From positions 779 to 64,778 of the forward strand of contig JAOZUO010000015.1 in the NCBI GenBank assembly GCA_029938605.1: DNA of 64,000 nt. The letters run 5' to 3'. The notes beneath the pieces were generated by a model, which saw only the letters and a program-made list of their open reading frames with translations, searched no databases and was not told the DNA's origin. A program made the translations under genes and the position numbers. The first letter of the stretch is position 1. Each line of letters begins with the position of its first letter. Source of the stretch: Deltaproteobacteria bacterium (GTDB lineage Bacteria; Myxococcota_A; Polyangia; HGW-17; JAJRWW01). Below, piece by piece: positions 35,296 to 46,357 of this stretch.

Positions 35296-36222
35296 ATGCA
35301 AACACGTAGTCCCCATGGGAGTTTTTACGGAGGCAGAAAGCTGTTTCGACGCTTTGCCTTCTCGGTGAGCGTTGGGCTGCTATTGGGCAGTCTGGCGGGG
35401 TGCGGCGACCAATGCCCGGCAGACACTCCGACGGACGCTGGAGCGGGTGACGCCGGGGATGCGGCGACGCGCGAGTGCATCGTGCCCGAGGTGTCCTGTG
35501 GCCCGGGCGAAATCGCTGAATATGGGCTCTGCTTCCCGAATACGGATGAGACCGTGGTGACTGCCGGCACCTTTGATATGGGCGCTCCCAGCGGCACGGA
35601 GTTTCCCGTGCACGCCGTGACACTCAGTGAGTTCACTATCGACGTGACCGAAGTCACCAACGAGCGATTCGAGGCTTGTGTGGACGCCGGATGCTGCGAT
35701 CCGCCGAGCTATGACGGCTCCTATACCGGCCGCGAGCCCTACTACGGGAACCCTCAATACGCGCAGTATCCCGTGGTCTTCGTTACCTGGGACCAGGCCC
35801 GACAGTACTGCGAAGGCCTGGAAAAAAGGTTGCCGACCGAGGCCGAGTGGGAGTACGCGGCCCGGGGTGACGATGGCCGAACCTACCCCTGGGGCTCGGG
35901 ACCGCCAGACGACTCACTGGCCAATTTCGATTCGGCGCAAAATGGTGACACCGAAGCGGTGGGAGACTACCCGGACGGTGCTTCGCCCTTCGGCGCTTTG
36001 GATATGGCAGGCAATATCTGGGAATGGGTCGCCGACTGGTACGATGTTGACTACTACGACTCGAGCCCGGGCACCGACCCAACGGGGCCGGAGTCGGGGG
36101 TGTTCCGGGGTGCCCGCGGGGGTTCCTTCGGGTCCGGAGCGACGACGCTCTACTCCTTCTACCGGATGTCGTATCTGCCCACCGAGTCATTTGGTAACCT
36201 GGGCTTTCGTTGCGCCAGATAG
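35296..36222 (+). CDS. FGE-sulfatase (formylglycine-generating enzyme/SUMF1) family lipoprotein
   Basis: Lipobox LLGSLAGC. FGE-domain motifs: RVTEVTNERFEACV...PVVFVTWDQARQYCEGLEKRLPTEAEWEYAARG...PWG...GNIWEWVADWY...RGGSF...FRC. Confidence 0.85.
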   Translation: MQTRSPHGSFYGGRKLFRRFAFSVSVGLLLGSLAGCGDQCPADTPTDAGAGDAGDAATRECIVPEVSCGPGEIAEYGLCFPNTDETVVTAGTFDMGAPSGTEFPVHAVTLSEFTIDVTEVTNERFEACVDAGCCDPPSYDGSYTGREPYYGNPQYAQYPVVFVTWDQARQYCEGLEKRLPTEAEWEYAARGDDGRTYPWGSGPPDDSLANFDSAQNGDTEAVGDYPDGASPFGALDMAGNIWEWVADWYDVDYYDSSPGTDPTGPESGVFRGARGGSFGSGATTLYSFYRMSYLPTESFGNLGFRCAR

Positions 36223-36237
36223 CGCTGGAGGATCATC

Positions 36238-37167
36238 ATGAGCAAAAATAGGAACAATGACGATGGACGTACGTCCTCCAGCCTCGGACGTCGGATGCTG
36301 CTCAAGCTCGCCGGAGCTGCCACGGTGGGCTTACCTCTCGCCGCCTACCTGGGGAGAGCACCCTGGAAAGGCGCGCCTTCGGCGCGAGCAGACTCGGGCG
36401 AGCCCCGCAGTCGAGAGTCGTACTGGCACGGTACGCACTTCGTACAAGAGACCGTCGACTACAGCGCCTTGGACAGCGGAGTCATCAGGGCGCGGATCAA
36501 CGGCGAGTGGCGGGACTTCATGAACCGTCCACTACATCAGGACTTCATCGACTGGAATTTCGGGGCGCGGCTGGACATGATCAACGGCGCGGGCCCCATG
36601 TGCCTTGACGGCCCGCACAGCGGGTGTCTGGCCACCTACGGAGCGAACCGCGGCGACAGCGTCTTCTCGCTCAACAACGCCTTCAAGGGGTTCGGCTTTT
36701 ACCCCAAGGAGTCAGTCCTCGAAAACTCCCTCCAGGTCATTCTCGATAACTGGAGTGCGGACATGACGACGAAGCTAAACATCCTGAAGGGCTTTTATGA
36801 AGACCAGTCCATGTGGGATTTCCGCCTGCTGAGCTCCCTGGAGCTCTACACCACGCGGGTATTCGAGACCCACAGCTTCCTCAATCAGATGGCCAACCCC
36901 ATTGCCACAATCTGCTGGCTGGCCATCCCCGGCTCCTACGAAGTGCGGGCCATTGCGCGATTAATCCACCCGGACGACCCGGACATTCCGGAGATGGACC
37001 TCAAGCGAATTCACTGGACCAATGCTTTGCACGATTTCTACCACGGCGGGCCCTTCCCCGAGGCGGACAACCTCAGAAATATCGGCTGTATCTACTACAA
37101 CGTTGAGACGTTCGACAACTCGCCCTATCCCGGCCTGATGGGTGTTCGTGTGACGCCGACGCTGTAG
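36238..37167 (+). CDS. Tat-signal-bearing secreted protein of unknown function, co-operonic with the FGE-family lipoprotein
   Basis: Twin-arginine-like n-region (LGRRMLLKLAGAATVGLPLAAYLG). It starts 15 bp after the upstream stop. No family is recognised. Confidence 0.5.
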   Translation: MSKNRNNDDGRTSSSLGRRMLLKLAGAATVGLPLAAYLGRAPWKGAPSARADSGEPRSRESYWHGTHFVQETVDYSALDSGVIRARINGEWRDFMNRPLHQDFIDWNFGARLDMINGAGPMCLDGPHSGCLATYGANRGDSVFSLNNAFKGFGFYPKESVLENSLQVILDNWSADMTTKLNILKGFYEDQSMWDFRLLSSLELYTTRVFETHSFLNQMANPIATICWLAIPGSYEVRAIARLIHPDDPDIPEMDLKRIHWTNALHDFYHGGPFPEADNLRNIGCIYYNVETFDNSPYPGLMGVRVTPTL

Positions 37168-37197
37168 AAGACTTCTTTCGTTCCTACCGGACGTTTC

Positions 37198-37893
37198 TCA
37201 CATATCCACCACACCGTTGACATGCAGGGCCGGATTCACAATCTGCCCGTTGGACCACACGGATCCGTGGCAATCACAAGCCACCTGTCCGTGGTAGTTT
37301 TGCGCATGGCAGGAGCCACAGTGTGTGGGCGTAGTGTCGGTCCAGGAGGGGGTCGTGTTGCTGCCCCCCTGGAGTGTCGCTCCGTGGCAGTAGGTCATGG
37401 AGCAACTGCCGGTGGTGCGATCCCAGGCCGGATAGGTTCCGCCGGTGGTCGCCGTGGTACCAAACGTCACCTCCGCCGGAGAGGGGCTGTCGCAGTGCCC
37501 TTCATCCAGCACGCCCTGGGGCGTAACGTGGCAGTCCGCGCAGGTCATCGCCGCGGCCGTAGTGCTGGCGGTGGAGTGGGCCAGATGCGCTCCCACGGTG
37601 ATTTCAGAGGGATCCGTGAGTCCATCCAGGTTCGGTGGCGGGGCTGGGTTGGAGGTCGTACCGTGGCAGTCTCCACAACCTTCGCCACCCGATCCGCAGC
37701 GACTCAAATCCGCATCGATGGCGGCGGCGTCTTGCACCACCTGTACGTCCGGTGTCACCTGCACATCGGGCGTCACGCTCGCGTCTGGTTCCTGACCGTC
37801 GTCGTCACCACATCCTCCCACCAAGCAAAGGATCAGCGGGAGCGCCACCAAATACAGGGTTTGCGGCCGGGGGAAATGATTGACATCACGCAT
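37198..37893 (-). CDS. Small c-type cytochrome lipoprotein (3 canonical CxxCH heme-binding motifs)
   Basis: The start is taken at the ATG at 37893, with an AGGAGG SD 5 nt upstream. Lipobox LVGGC. Heme motifs: CGDCH, CADCH and CGSCH, plus CSMTYCH. Confidence 0.7.
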   Translation of the reverse strand: MRDVNHFPRPQTLYLVALPLILCLVGGCGDDDGQEPDASVTPDVQVTPDVQVVQDAAAIDADLSRCGSGGEGCGDCHGTTSNPAPPPNLDGLTDPSEITVGAHLAHSTASTTAAAMTCADCHVTPQGVLDEGHCDSPSPAEVTFGTTATTGGTYPAWDRTTGSCSMTYCHGATLQGGSNTTPSWTDTTPTHCGSCHAQNYHGQVACDCHGSVWSNGQIVNPALHVNGVVDM

Positions 37894-38102
37894 GATTCCT
37901 CCTGATGAACAACAGTCTGGCCGCCGAAAGGCGACGAGGGGCAGCTTTGTGCCATTCTCTAGCACGATTCAATATCAGCAGAGTAGTGATTGTTTTTCGT
38001 CGGCTCGAGTTGAGCCATCGGAATTATGAGAATTGAATCTGCAATACGGGACTGGTATATGTGTGTTGAAACCAATTGCTCTGCTTGCGTAGGAGAATTC
38101 TA

Positions 38103-39062
38103 ATGATGACCAAAATAGGGTGTTGTATTTTTTCGGTCGCTCTCGTCCTTTCGCTCTCCGTGGCGGGTTGTGGCGACGACGACGGCCAACCGGCCACCGA
38201 GACTCTGTGCTCGGATACCGAGGACAACGACGGGGATGGTCTCACCGATTGCGACGATCCGGACTGCGTCGACGCCACGGAGTGCCAAGGCCCGGTCTGT
38301 GGAGACAACGTCATTGATGACGGCGAGGACTGCGATGGCGATGAGCTCGGTGAGGCCACGTGCCAATCGGCTGGGTACGACGACGGGACGCTCACCTGTA
38401 GCGAGTTCTGTGGCCTCGATTTGAGTGATTGTTTCGACTTCGAGACCTGCGGAGATGACCAGGCCGGCGGCGACGAGGAGTGTGACGGCGACGACTTCGA
38501 TGGCCAGACCTGCAGCGACTTCGGCTTTAGCGGCGGTTCGCTTACCTGTGACGAGTTCTGTACCGTTGACGACTCCGGCTGCTTCGACAGCCTCGACACC
38601 TGCACTACGGTGGGTAGCACCTCCATCCCGATGGCCGGCACCCTCACCTGTGCCACCGAAACAGGAACCTCGATCGAGTGGGACTGGTACCACGTCGCGG
38701 TCATCGCCGGTGACTGCGTGTACATCTTCGCCGACAACGGAGTAGGCGCCGCCGATCTCCTCGCCTTGGCCGTGGACCCCGATGGGGAGACCTCCTACGG
38801 CTTGACGGATGACTATAGCCAGCTAGACGACGAGCGCGACTGTTCCACCGACACCTGGGCCGGTTTCGAGTGTCCCGAAGCCTCGGTGGTTGCCGAGTCG
38901 GATGGCGACATGGTCATCATGATTGGTCAGTGGGCCGGAGATGGCACAACCCCCGGCATGGACACCTGCAATGATGGCATGAGCGAGTATACGCTGTACG
39001 TGGCCGTGAACGGCACCGACGCCACCCCGATTCTGGACTCCGACGACACCGCGATGATGTAG
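38103..39062 (+). CDS. Lipoprotein with three Myxococcus-type cysteine-rich repeats (CGDxxxxxGExCDG...TC...LTCxxFCxxDxSxCF; TIGR02232-like) and C-terminal unknown domain
   Basis: Lipobox SVAGC. Three ~45-aa acidic Cys-rich repeats are readable by eye. Confidence 0.7.
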   Translation: MMTKIGCCIFSVALVLSLSVAGCGDDDGQPATETLCSDTEDNDGDGLTDCDDPDCVDATECQGPVCGDNVIDDGEDCDGDELGEATCQSAGYDDGTLTCSEFCGLDLSDCFDFETCGDDQAGGDEECDGDDFDGQTCSDFGFSGGSLTCDEFCTVDDSGCFDSLDTCTTVGSTSIPMAGTLTCATETGTSIEWDWYHVAVIAGDCVYIFADNGVGAADLLALAVDPDGETSYGLTDDYSQLDDERDCSTDTWAGFECPEASVVAESDGDMVIMIGQWAGDGTTPGMDTCNDGMSEYTLYVAVNGTDATPILDSDDTAMM

Positions 39063-39069
39063 CCGGCGG

Positions 39070-39858
39070 GTGGGTCAACAAATGAACGAGCTGCTCGACA
39101 CGGCGCGGCGGGCGGCGCGGCGGGCTGGGGACCTTCAGCGGGAGCGGTTTGGCGATCCCGGCGTGATCCGGACCAAGCATCCCATGGAGCTGGTGACCGA
39201 GGTGGACGTGGCCTGCGAGGACGCCATTCGGGAGATCATCGGCGCGACGTACCCCGACCACGATTTTCTGGGCGAGGAGTCCGGTGATAGTGGTGGCGGA
39301 TCGCCCCACCGGTGGATCGTGGACCCCTTGGACGGGACCACGAACTTTGCTCGGGGGCTGCCCATCTTTGCGTCGTCGGTGGCCTATGCCCATCAGGGCG
39401 AGGTGCAGGTGGCGGCCTGTGTGATCCCCCTGTGGAGCGAGGAGCTCTGGGCCGTTCGGGGCGGCGGGGCTTTTTGCAACGGCCGGCCCCTGCGCGTGTC
39501 GGATACGGGTTCCCTGGATCGGGCCTTTGTGGCCACGGGCTTTCCCTACGACGTGAAGGAGCGCGCCGACAACGGGCTGGACCAGTTTGAACGCATGGTG
39601 ATGTCCACCTTGGCCGTGCGGCGGCCCGGCGCCGCGGTGGTGGACCTGTGCTGTCTGGCGGCGGGACGATTCGACGGGTTCTGGGAGCTACGGCTCAAGC
39701 CCTGGGATACGGCGGCGGCGGGGCTTCTGGTCACCGAGGCCGGCGGGCGGATCACGACCTATGACGGCTCCCCTTGGGATCCCTCGAGCCCCAATATCCT
39801 GGCCTCCAACGGTCACCTCCACCAGGCCATGATGGACGTGCTCGCGGATCGGGGCTGA
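39070..39858 (+). CDS. Inositol monophosphatase family protein (SuhB/IMPase-like)
   Basis: Translation FLGEESGDSGG...WIVDPLDGTTNFARGLP...ATGF matches the IMPase signature motifs. Confidence 0.85.
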   Translation: MGQQMNELLDTARRAARRAGDLQRERFGDPGVIRTKHPMELVTEVDVACEDAIREIIGATYPDHDFLGEESGDSGGGSPHRWIVDPLDGTTNFARGLPIFASSVAYAHQGEVQVAACVIPLWSEELWAVRGGGAFCNGRPLRVSDTGSLDRAFVATGFPYDVKERADNGLDQFERMVMSTLAVRRPGAAVVDLCCLAAGRFDGFWELRLKPWDTAAAGLLVTEAGGRITTYDGSPWDPSSPNILASNGHLHQAMMDVLADRG

Positions 39859-39869
39859 GCAGCACTGCC

Positions 39870-40733
39870 ATGGCGCGAAGTAGCGTGCGCGGACGGATCA
39901 TCTTGTCGGCTTCCCGGCGCACCGACCTGCCGGGCTGGCACGCGGACCGGCTCGCCGGGCGGCTGCGGGAGGTCCTGGCTGGCCGTGGTCCCGAGGGGAT
40001 CTACGGGGTGGTTTTCTGGACGCGATTCCCGGGGGCGCTCACGTCCTCGCCGCTCAAGGAGCTGCTCACCGATGACCTGACCAACGTCTGTGTGAACCTC
40101 ACCTTGACCGGTCTGGGAGGTACGCGGCTTGAGCCCCGCGGACCGGCCGCCGAGGAGGTGCTCGGGGACCTGCCGGAGCTCATCGCGCTGATCGGCGGGC
40201 CTGAGCGTGTGCGTTGGCGGTTCGATCCGCTGATCCCCACCGACGATCTTCTCGAGCGGTTCAATGCCCTGGCTCCTCGCTTCGCCGCCCTGGGAGTGGA
40301 CACCTGCACCTTCGCCTTTCCGTCGGCGCGCAGCCTCCGGGGCAACCTGGAGGCGCGGTACCGGGACCTGGGCGTCCCCCGGTGGCCGGACGAGGCCGCC
40401 CGCCGAGACTTCGTGGCCCGTATGGCAGCCGTAGCCGGGCCGCTGGGGATCCAACTCCTGAGCTGCTCCCAGCCCGAGGTGCTCGGCTACCATCCGGCGG
40501 TGCGCCCGGCCCAGTGCATCCCCGGCCACGTGCTCGCCACTGCCCACCCACCGGGGACCCCCGGGCCCAGTGGCAAGGATCCCAGCCAGCGCCGCCACTG
40601 CACCTGTCCGCCCAGTCAGGACCTGGGCGACTACCGCACTGACGCCTGCTCCACGGGCTGCCTCTACTGCTACTCCACCCTGGGCGGCCCCGACGCCGGC
40701 CAGACCCTGCCCTGGTTCCTGCGGGGGCGTTGA
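39870..40733 (+). CDS. DUF1848-family protein (C-terminal Cys cluster CTCPPS...C..GCLYCY)
   Basis: The start is taken at the internal ATG (MARSSVRGRIILSASRRTDLPGWH). The N-terminal ISASRRTD and C-terminal Cys motif fit DUF1848 as I remember it. Tentative. Confidence 0.5.
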   Translation: MARSSVRGRIILSASRRTDLPGWHADRLAGRLREVLAGRGPEGIYGVVFWTRFPGALTSSPLKELLTDDLTNVCVNLTLTGLGGTRLEPRGPAAEEVLGDLPELIALIGGPERVRWRFDPLIPTDDLLERFNALAPRFAALGVDTCTFAFPSARSLRGNLEARYRDLGVPRWPDEAARRDFVARMAAVAGPLGIQLLSCSQPEVLGYHPAVRPAQCIPGHVLATAHPPGTPGPSGKDPSQRRHCTCPPSQDLGDYRTDACSTGCLYCYSTLGGPDAGQTLPWFLRGR

Positions 40734-40834
40734 CCCGACCGCTCCCCGATTCCCATTGACAGTCACCGGACCGACTCATGGTGCAAGCGGTGTGATACGC
40801 TGAGTTTTTCGCCCGAAGTTGCAGGAGGTGTATT

Positions 40835-42058
40835 GTGGAGCGTGCCAAGCTGGTCCCGGCAAATCTGTGCGTTGGTTTGACGGCCCTTGGGCGCATGGGC
40901 TTGCTTCTGACTGCCGCGTGGTTGCTGGGAGGGTGTGTCGTAGCTGGTTCCTGGCAACCTTCGTATGTGAGGAAGGCGGAGCGACGGGTGGAGCAACTGC
41001 CTGACGATCCGCGGGACCGGTCCGGGGCGTTTTCTGCTTTCTTCGAGCAGAATAAGCCTGGGGTGCTCCATCTCCGTGGCCAGATTCGTACCCGTTGCCG
41101 ATATTCTGAGCAGCAGGTGTACCGGGAGAGTGAGTACTATCGGTGCCCGGAGTGTGGTCCCTCCTATCATTGGGGTGGATGGCTCATGGGTACCGGCACC
41201 GTGCTGGGGGCGATCGGTGCGGGGTTGGTCGGCGCGGGCGCGCACGAGGACCGCACAGGGGATCCACCCGACAGCAAGAAGGTATATCGCCAAGTGGGCA
41301 CGGGCATCTTCCTGCTGGCCTTTGCCGCGGGCCTCATCCCCGCCGCCATTTTGACACTGCTGAACGTAGTCAAAGTGAAGCGACAGCTGAAAAACAGGGT
41401 GAGGCTGCTTGAGACGTCGCATGTTGAGCGGCGTGAGTTCACTCGTGCCTGCGGTGTCACTACGCTGACCAACACGCCAGTGGACATCTTCGTGAACCTA
41501 CGCGGCATGTCGCGTCGCGGTGAACCGTATCTGCTCAGGCGAGTCACGGGAGATGCCAACGGAGTGGTCCAAGTCGACCTCGCTAAGGCCATGGCAAAAA
41601 CGTGGGCCAAGGAGATCGGGGGTCATTTGCTCATCAGATGGAAGAGGACGGGGCGGAAGGAGAGGGTGCTCATGGGAGCCACCATGGACGGGTTGAGCGA
41701 ATCGCTGGTAGTGGTGCTCAAGCCACGGGAGGTGGGAGTCGGATCCCAGCAATGGAAGGTAGCGCTAGGGGGAGCTGGGCGTTCTCGTATCGCCCGAGTG
41801 TCCTTGCGATGCGCCGGCAATATACCCCTTGAGGTGAAGGTGCTCGCCTCGCACCCGAGTCGCCTGCTGCGCGTCTATGTGCGGGGCTTGCCCGTGCGCA
41901 AGGATGCTCCTGCCTTGCTACGCAAGGGGCGCGCCTTGCGTGTGAAATGTATGCCCAACCGGGTGCTCGAGGTGCAGCTTCTGGCCAGGGCCTGCTGCCA
42001 GACCTCCGTGACGATCACCGCGCGTATGGCGTCGCGTACGAAAACTTCGCCGAGGTGA
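40835..42058 (+). CDS. Hypothetical lipoprotein/membrane protein
   Basis: Signal peptide with LLGGC lipobox, an internal TM segment and an Arg/Lys-rich C-terminal half. No homology is recognised. Confidence 0.45.
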   Translation: MERAKLVPANLCVGLTALGRMGLLLTAAWLLGGCVVAGSWQPSYVRKAERRVEQLPDDPRDRSGAFSAFFEQNKPGVLHLRGQIRTRCRYSEQQVYRESEYYRCPECGPSYHWGGWLMGTGTVLGAIGAGLVGAGAHEDRTGDPPDSKKVYRQVGTGIFLLAFAAGLIPAAILTLLNVVKVKRQLKNRVRLLETSHVERREFTRACGVTTLTNTPVDIFVNLRGMSRRGEPYLLRRVTGDANGVVQVDLAKAMAKTWAKEIGGHLLIRWKRTGRKERVLMGATMDGLSESLVVVLKPREVGVGSQQWKVALGGAGRSRIARVSLRCAGNIPLEVKVLASHPSRLLRVYVRGLPVRKDAPALLRKGRALRVKCMPNRVLEVQLLARACCQTSVTITARMASRTKTSPR

Positions 42059-42178
42059 TTTCAGCGTGAGAACGGTCCTCGAAATAGCCTGTACCGGAAC
42101 CGAGATCCAGGATTGGACCGAGGTTCGGCGGTGCGATATCGGCTCAGAGCACGCGACGAGAGTTCCTGGTAACAAGGA

Positions 42179-43747
42179 GTGTCCATGATTCACGGCCCAA
42201 GACTGCTTCCTGTTCTTGCCCTTGCCATCGGCGTTGTCTGTGGCGTCGGTGGCGCTGCCTGTCACCCGCCTGCCGGGGGTTGGGGTCGGGTGCGGATTTT
42301 GGAGAGTCACCTGACCTCCACGAGCTGGACCGTGGTGGTGGACGATCAGGGTCAAGGCGTGGAGCTCTTCGTGGACGGCTCTCCCAGGCGAGGCCTGTGC
42401 CGGCGGGGAGGGCAGGGGGTTCGCTGCTGGGTGAGCGGTCTGCGGCCGGGGTACCACCGGTTGGCGGTGACCGTGGCGGGCAAGGGGACCTCGCGGCGAT
42501 CGGGACTGTCGGCCACGCGAAAGCCCTTGGATGAGATCTTCTACGGTGTGCTGCTGGACCGCTTCGCCGATGGCGATGCGTCGAACAACTTGCGGGTGAA
42601 TCCCGAGGACCCCTTGGCCGCCCACGGAGGGGATCTGCGCGGTTTGCGACGGCGGCTGGGGCATTTGAAGCGGCTCGGGGTGACGACCCTGGTGGTCTCG
42701 CCCCTTTGGGAGTCGGGTCGCCAGAAGCCAAAGGTCGGGGCGCTCGGGCTGTACGTGGGTGCGCGGCCCCTGCGGCCGCGGCTCCTGTCGCGCGCCCTCG
42801 GTTCGTCCAGATCGCTGATGCGGCTCCTGCGGGCTGCCCGTCGGCGGGGGCTGCGGGTGGTGCTCGATCTGCCACGTGCGGGCGCCGACCTGGGCTCCTA
42901 CCTGGTCACGCTGCGCACCTGGCTCACCCGGACCTTGGCCGACGGTGTACGGATGGGGCCCTTTGCGCCCGGAGAGGAGGCGGCCTGGGCCAAGGCGACC
43001 GGTCAGTTGGTCCGTTCTTTCACGCCGCTGCTGCTCATTCACCACGGCACCGGCGATGTCGGGCGGCTGCGTTCGGCCCTGGCTAAGGTCCCGGCGGGCG
43101 CCGGCCTCATCGAAAGTAAGGCGGCCGGTCGCGCGTTGCTCGCGTGGGTGGGCGGGGCGTCTGGCGTCGCCGCACCCTCGGGCCCGCTGACCAAGCCGTT
43201 GCCCCGGGGCGTGGTGCGCGTGCTGAGCAGCCATCGGGCCCCGGTCCTCGCCAGGAGGTTGGGCTCGGGCGCGCGCGGTTCCTTGACCTTGACATTGCAT
43301 CTGCTTCTGGCCGAAATACCTAAGGTGTACTACGCAGACGAGATGGACCAGCCCCCGCGTGGCCAGGCCCACCCGGACATGGATTGGTCTGAGGTCAAAG
43401 GTGGCCCCCGGGGGCAGCTCATCCGGAAGATCCTCGGCCTGCGCCGGGGCGTGGCGGCCCTGCGGCGCGGCGATCAGACGGTGGTTCGTCGGGGCGACCT
43501 TTTGACGGTGGGGCGGAGCCTGGGGCGGTGCCGGGTCATCGTGGTGGCCAACCGCTCGAACAAGCCGCGTACGCTGGTGCTCGATACCACGCAGTTGGGG
43601 TGGCCACCTCAATCCGGCGAGTTGGAGCTTGTGGATCGACTCGGTGGGCGCGGCTACACCCTCGTGAAAAATCGGCTCACCATCGAGCTTACGCCTGTGT
43701 CGGCGCGGGTGCTCGTGCCGGCGGGCAGCGGAGCGTGCAGTGGCTGA
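42179..43747 (+). CDS. Alpha-amylase (GH13)-family protein, probably catalytically degenerate
   Basis: The N-terminal region [18 protein letters not shown]...[31 protein letters not shown] aligns with the GH13 N-terminal barrel start (IYQ.FPDRF.NGD..ND..GGDL.GI..KLDYL..LG..AIWL.P). Downstream catalytic regions (GFR.DAAKH, EVW, NHD) are not recognisable. Confidence 0.6.
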   Translation: MSMIHGPRLLPVLALAIGVVCGVGGAACHPPAGGWGRVRILESHLTSTSWTVVVDDQGQGVELFVDGSPRRGLCRRGGQGVRCWVSGLRPGYHRLAVTVAGKGTSRRSGLSATRKPLDEIFYGVLLDRFADGDASNNLRVNPEDPLAAHGGDLRGLRRRLGHLKRLGVTTLVVSPLWESGRQKPKVGALGLYVGARPLRPRLLSRALGSSRSLMRLLRAARRRGLRVVLDLPRAGADLGSYLVTLRTWLTRTLADGVRMGPFAPGEEAAWAKATGQLVRSFTPLLLIHHGTGDVGRLRSALAKVPAGAGLIESKAAGRALLAWVGGASGVAAPSGPLTKPLPRGVVRVLSSHRAPVLARRLGSGARGSLTLTLHLLLAEIPKVYYADEMDQPPRGQAHPDMDWSEVKGGPRGQLIRKILGLRRGVAALRRGDQTVVRRGDLLTVGRSLGRCRVIVVANRSNKPRTLVLDTTQLGWPPQSGELELVDRLGGRGYTLVKNRLTIELTPVSARVLVPAGSGACSG

Positions 43748-44852
43748 AGTCAGGTTCGAAGACGTCAAGAAGTCCTTCGGCAAGGTCACGGTCATTGAGC
43801 ACCTGGATCTCACCATCTCCGGCGGTTCGTTTGTGGTGTTGGTGGGGCCTTCGGGCTGCGGTAAATCCACCACCCTGCGCATGATCGCCGGCCTGGAGGA
43901 GATCACCGACGGAGAGTTGTTCATCGACGACCGGGTGGTCAACGACGTATCCCCCAAGGACCGCGACATCGCCATGGTCTTCCAGAGCTACGCGCTCTAC
44001 CCGCACATGACCATCTACAAGAACCTCGCCTTCGGGTTGCTATTGCGAAAGACCCCCAAAGCGGAGATCGACAAGCGGGTGCGGGGCGTGGCCGAAGTGC
44101 TCGGGCTCGAGCCCTTTTTAGATCGTCTGCCCAAGCAGCTCAGCGGCGGTCAGCGGCAACGGGTGGCCATGGGGCGCGCCATCGTGCGCGAGCCCAAGGT
44201 GTTTCTCTTCGACGAACCCCTGTCCAACCTGGACGCCAAGTTGCGCGCCCAGATGCGTCGGGAGATTGCTCAGCTCCACCGAGACAAGGGCACCACCATC
44301 GTGTACGTGACCCACGACCAGGTGGAGGCCATGACCCTCGCCGATATCATCGTGGTCATGCACGAGGGGAGGATCATGCAGCAGGGGTCGCCCCTGCATC
44401 TGTACGACCGCCCGGTCAACCGGTTCGTGGCCGAGTTCATCGGCAGCCCGCAGATGAACATCGTTGCGGTGACGGTCCAGAACAAGGGGGGGGAGCTGGT
44501 GCTCGCGGGAGAGGGATTCGTTCTCGCCGCGCCTCAGAGCTTTGACGTAGAGGCGGACCAGTCGGTGCTGGTGGGGATCCGCCCCGCGGACGTTCGGATC
44601 CTGAGCGGTGACGCGGATGATGCGGAGGTCACCTGCGTCGGCGAGGTGGAGGTCCATGAGCCCATGGGCGCCGAGGCCATGAGCACGGTGGTCACCAAGC
44701 TCGGCACCATCACCGTACGCGAGGAGGGTCACGGATCGGCGTCCATCGGCGAAACGGTCCGGTTGGGCTTTGGGGCGGACCTGGTGCACCTGTTCGACGG
44801 CGAGACCGAACAGTCCCTTCGCAAGGGCTCCCAAAGTGAGGAGGAGGCGTGA
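43740..44852 (+). CDS. ABC transporter ATP-binding protein, sugar type (MalK/UgpC-like)
   Basis: The GTG start overlaps the upstream stop. Motifs: Walker [11 protein letters not shown]-loop, signature [16 protein letters not shown], Walker [12 protein letters not shown], and a C-terminal TOBE-like domain. Confidence 0.9.
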   Translation: MAEVRFEDVKKSFGKVTVIEHLDLTISGGSFVVLVGPSGCGKSTTLRMIAGLEEITDGELFIDDRVVNDVSPKDRDIAMVFQSYALYPHMTIYKNLAFGLLLRKTPKAEIDKRVRGVAEVLGLEPFLDRLPKQLSGGQRQRVAMGRAIVREPKVFLFDEPLSNLDAKLRAQMRREIAQLHRDKGTTIVYVTHDQVEAMTLADIIVVMHEGRIMQQGSPLHLYDRPVNRFVAEFIGSPQMNIVAVTVQNKGGELVLAGEGFVLAAPQSFDVEADQSVLVGIRPADVRILSGDADDAEVTCVGEVEVHEPMGAEAMSTVVTKLGTITVREEGHGSASIGETVRLGFGADLVHLFDGETEQSLRKGSQSEEEA

Positions 44853-46357
44853 TCCACCGGCTCGTTCCACGATCCGGAAGTCTGTTCCGGCTTTCGACGG
44901 CTCCGAACGCCGATGTCTGCGTTGCTCCTCAGTTGAGTACTCCCGGTACGCGCCCTCGTCGCGCCTTGCCCTCGTCGCTCGGCCCTCGCCGAAAACCCGG
45001 AACGCTTTTCCGGGTCGTAGAACGAGTGCTCGCCGCCCCGGTGTGGGTGGTAGTTTTCGGCTTGAGCCTGGGCTTGGCGTGGCCGTTGGCGGGGTGCAAC
45101 CGCCAACGCAGCGAACATGTGGTTACCCTTTGGCACTCCTACCGTGGCACGGAGCGCAAGGCGTTGAAGCGGCTGGTTCGCGCCTTCAACGAAAAGGAGC
45201 GTACCCGAGCGAAGGCCTTCACCGGCTACACCCCCGCACGGGTCCGGCTGCTGCAGATCTCCTTCGACAATCTGCCCAACAAGATCACCAACGCCGTGCC
45301 CCGCGGCCATGGACCGGACCTGTTCGTTTTTGCCCACGATCGTGTGGGCGACTGGGTCTCCAAGGAGCTCGTTGAGCCCATCGGTTACTGGGTGGGTCCT
45401 GCGTTGGCGGGGCGGTTTCTGCCCAAGACCCTGGGCGCTTTCGCCATGGGGCAGCGGCTCTACGGGCTGCCCCTCACCTACAAGAGCGTGGCACTTTTTT
45501 ACCACGCGGATCTCATTCAGACGCCGCCGCGTACCACCGAGGAGCTGCTTTCGGCGGGGCGCCGGTTCATGAAGAACCGCGGTAAGGGCTACTACGGGCT
45601 GGTGTACGAGGCCGCGGACACCTACTTCCACGCGCCCTGGCTTTTTGGTTTCGGCGGGCGGTTTTTGACCCGCTGCGCCGCGGGGGAGGCCCCGGCGGGG
45701 AGCTGCAAAAAGCGGAGCCTGCCCATCCACACCCCCGAGGCCGTACGGGCCCTGACCTTCGCCCGGCGCCTGGCGGGCTCCGGAGGCATCGTACCGCCGG
45801 AGGTCACGGGCCAACTGGTGACCTCGCTGTTCACCCAGAAGAAGGCGGCCATGGCCATCTCGGGCCCCTGGTTCATCAGCGATCTGCAGGCTGCCTCCAA
45901 GCATCGTGTCCTGCGTGTGCGCGTGGCACCTCTGCCGAAGGTCTCCGAGGCGGGCAACCGCCCCGCCGCGCCGTTGCTCACCGTGGAGGGGATCTTCCTG
46001 TCTCGGTTCAGTCGTCAGAAGCGCCTGGCCTTCCGGGTCATGCGGGCGCTCACCAGTGACTCGGCCTCGGAGTTTCGTCTGAGAGCGGCCCGCCAGCTAC
46101 CGGCCAACGTGCTGGTGGATAAGAAGCTCAGTGATCCCCGGTCCAGGCTCCACTCCCCCATGCTGTCGGCCTTCCGGCAGCAACTGGACTACGCCCGCCC
46201 TACGCCCAAGACGCCCTTCATGCGGGTGATCTGGGAGCCTTACAAGAAGGCCCTCGCTGCGGTGATCCAGCGGGGAGAGGATCCGGACGCCGCGCTGAAG
46301 CGGGCTGCTAAGGAGATCCGGCGCGTGCTGGGCTCCTGTCTGGGGAGGAGGCAGTGA
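44849..46357 (+). CDS. Sugar ABC transporter substrate-binding lipoprotein (MalE/maltodextrin-binding family-like)
   Basis: Lipobox PLAGC. The length and pattern (HSYRG...FNEKE..., [14 protein letters not shown]...) fit cluster-B sugar-binding proteins. Confidence 0.7.
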   Translation: MIHRLVPRSGSLFRLSTAPNADVCVAPQLSTPGTRPRRALPSSLGPRRKPGTLFRVVERVLAAPVWVVVFGLSLGLAWPLAGCNRQRSEHVVTLWHSYRGTERKALKRLVRAFNEKERTRAKAFTGYTPARVRLLQISFDNLPNKITNAVPRGHGPDLFVFAHDRVGDWVSKELVEPIGYWVGPALAGRFLPKTLGAFAMGQRLYGLPLTYKSVALFYHADLIQTPPRTTEELLSAGRRFMKNRGKGYYGLVYEAADTYFHAPWLFGFGGRFLTRCAAGEAPAGSCKKRSLPIHTPEAVRALTFARRLAGSGGIVPPEVTGQLVTSLFTQKKAAMAISGPWFISDLQAASKHRVLRVRVAPLPKVSEAGNRPAAPLLTVEGIFLSRFSRQKRLAFRVMRALTSDSASEFRLRAARQLPANVLVDKKLSDPRSRLHSPMLSAFRQQLDYARPTPKTPFMRVIWEPYKKALAAVIQRGEDPDAALKRAAKEIRRVLGSCLGRRQ

